Shown one piece after another: positions 15,148 to 16,470 of a stretch of DNA of 16,470 nucleotides. The notes below the pieces were generated by a model. It did not search any database. It was given only the letters and a program-made list of their open reading frames with translations, and was not told where the DNA came from. Origin of the DNA: Candidatus Micrarchaeota archaeon (GTDB taxonomy: Archaea; Micrarchaeota; Micrarchaeia; Norongarragalinales; SBBD01); the NCBI GenBank assembly GCA_043806595.1, contig JAZDGU010000041.1:1-16470 (forward strand). Direction: 5' to 3'. The translations under genes and the position numbers were made by a program. Position 1 is the first letter of the stretch; each line of letters starts with the position of its first letter.

Positions 15148-15891
15148 TCACTCCAGGAATTCCGCGAGCGCGTCATAGAAATCGCGGTCGTTGAGCATGC
15201 CGGTGCCGTGCGCATTGCCCTTCAACGTCTCAATTGCCTTTGGCTGGCTGGCCGAGGAATATAACCGCTTAGTTGAAGCCAGCGAGTACTCGTCGCCCCC
15301 GGCAACAGCGTAAAGAGATTCTCCTTTGAAGGATTCAGGCAGGCCCTCGGTCTTCACGCCGTGGTAGTCCAAACCCGGCGAAAGCATGGCAATCCTCTCC
15401 ACGCGCGGGTCGGAGGAGGCAAGCGCAAGCGCAGAGTTGGCGCCGATGCTCGCTCCGGCGACGTAGAAACGGGTCGCCCCGGTTGAAGCCAGGAATTCAA
15501 CTCCCGCCCTGGCGTCGTCGACGAACTTCGCGTAGTCCGAGTCGGAGAACGCCTTCAGGCCGCCCTCGCTGTTTCCGTGGCCGCGGAAGTCGACGGCCAG
15601 CGACGGGTGCGGGACCGACGCCTGCAGGTCGCGCCATGCCGTCCTCTCCGAGCCTAGCATGTGCAAAAAAAGCACGCCGACGGAATCGTTTGCATCCGGG
15701 TATTCAAGGAACGTGCCCGAAAGCCTTGTGCCGTCCTGCGAGCGCAGCTCGACGTCCTGGAACCTGATCTCGTCGGAAGGCGAAAAAGTGGATTTTGGCA
15801 TGCCGCCGGCCTCCTGCGGAGCGGACACGCAGCCGGATATCAGAAGCCCTAATGCCAGTGCCGCAACTGCCGCCCTTCGCATAAGACCCAT
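15148..15891 (-). CDS. Lipoprotein alpha/beta-fold hydrolase
   Basis: Lipobox LLISG-C; FLHMLG, VDFRGHGNS, GASIG nucleophile elbow, GGD acid, AHGT His. TTTTTAA box ~25 nt upstream (leaderless). Confidence 0.9.
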   Translation of the reverse strand: MGLMRRAAVAALALGLLISGCVSAPQEAGGMPKSTFSPSDEIRFQDVELRSQDGTRLSGTFLEYPDANDSVGVLFLHMLGSERTAWRDLQASVPHPSLAVDFRGHGNSEGGLKAFSDSDYAKFVDDARAGVEFLASTGATRFYVAGASIGANSALALASSDPRVERIAMLSPGLDYHGVKTEGLPESFKGESLYAVAGGDEYSLASTKRLYSSASQPKAIETLKGNAHGTGMLNDRDFYDALAEFLE

Positions 15892-16008
15892 TTGGGAATG
15901 AATGAAATCCTGGGGTTAAAAACTCTTGCCGGAGCGCAATTGCTCCCAGCCCTCATTCCACCAACCCCCTGCAACCCCCTTAATAACACGAGAGTCCATA
16001 ATTATGCC

Positions 16009-16131
16009 ATGAACGACACGAAGGGGGAGAAGGCGCTCAAGCTGTTCCGCTACCAGCAGAAGCAGGACGGCCTCGAAGTAACTAGGACCAAGGCAGTCGC
16101 CGATACCCGCACACACAGCGAAAAGATCTGA
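16009..16131 (+). CDS. Putative 40-aa small protein (MNDTKGEKALKLFRYQQKQDGLEVTRTKAVADTRTHSEKI)
   Basis: Strong G/C bias at third codon positions within an otherwise AT-richer region; TTAATAA box ~22 nt upstream of the ATG. Confidence 0.55.
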   Translation: MNDTKGEKALKLFRYQQKQDGLEVTRTKAVADTRTHSEKI

Positions 16132-16332
16132 CCCCGGAAAACCGCGTTCCAATTCAGGGGGGTAATTATTTCAATAACCGACGCAAGGCCAACCCTCCGG
16201 GGGAATTGCGGAAAATATTCGCCCCCAAAATATCCTTAATAACGGCTAACCCTTAATCGTTATATATCGGCATAAAATAGCCGAAAAATTCCAAAAGATA
16301 CCGTTGCCGAAGTTCGCCCTATTTCTATTTTC

Positions 16333-16470
16333 GTATCGGTTTAGTTTTGTAGGCGGTTTTGCGCCATTTCCTGCATGAAATCGGTAAAGTTTTCTTCCCG
16401 CAACCTTGCCGTTTGAAAGAAACTCATCAACACGGAAGTCGTTTGCGCTCCTCGGTCGGACTGGCTTCCG
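16333..16470 (-). mobile_element. Right end of an IS66-like element
   Basis: GTATCGGTTTAG at 16333-16344 resembles IS66 GTAA-type termini and overlaps the transposase stop codon. Confidence 0.6.
16341..16469 (-). CDS. C-terminal fragment of an IS66-family transposase (enters from the window edge; not in the ORF track)
   Basis: Minus frame from 16469 reads GSQSDRGAQTTSVLMSFFQTARLREENFTDFMQEMAQNRLQN*, resembling the IS66 TnpC C-terminal pattern GSxSxxGA...LMS(L/F)xxT. Confidence 0.72.
   Translation of the reverse strand, partial: GSQSDRGAQTTSVLMSFFQTARLREENFTDFMQEMAQNRLQN

Noticed and set aside
15895..15960. Possible structured ncRNA (GGAATGA...TCATTCC, GGAGC...GCTCC)
   Set aside because: Short, interrupted stems overlapping a divergent promoter region; not distinguishable from chance.
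16140..16325. Replication origin (GTTCCAATTCAGGGGGG resembling an ORB next to AT-rich DNA)
   Set aside because: One degenerate match with wrong spacing, no repeated ORBs and no cdc6/orc1 in view; better explained as promoter-like intergenic DNA.

Overview
GC-rich archaeal window. A DPANN, Micrarchaeota-like genome is inferred from the class III signal-peptide pilin, UPF0147 protein, short TrmI, single-domain KaiC-like ATPase, TATA-type promoters and BHB tRNA introns. The left half is a cell-surface cluster: pilin, membrane-anchored clan GH-A-like protein, glutaredoxin, two large C-terminally anchored beta-helix proteins, DsbA, KaiC-like ATPase and PssA-like transferase. The main finding, hidden under a spurious ORF extension, is a tRNA gene at 10306-10458 split by two bulge-helix-bulge introns around an 8-nt anticodon micro-exon; it splices to the rare tRNA-Ile(UAU). 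The right half has a HAD phosphatase, a GT4 glycosyltransferase whose first 27 bp are duplicated around a 70-bp hairpin insert, UPF0147, TrmI, a TnpA-only IS200-like element with highly structured ends, a Lon-like S16 protease, a lipoprotein alpha/beta hydrolase, a 40-aa small ORF, and the 3' end of an IS66-like element at the window edge. All calls come from motif reading and manual base-pairing; no database searches were run.
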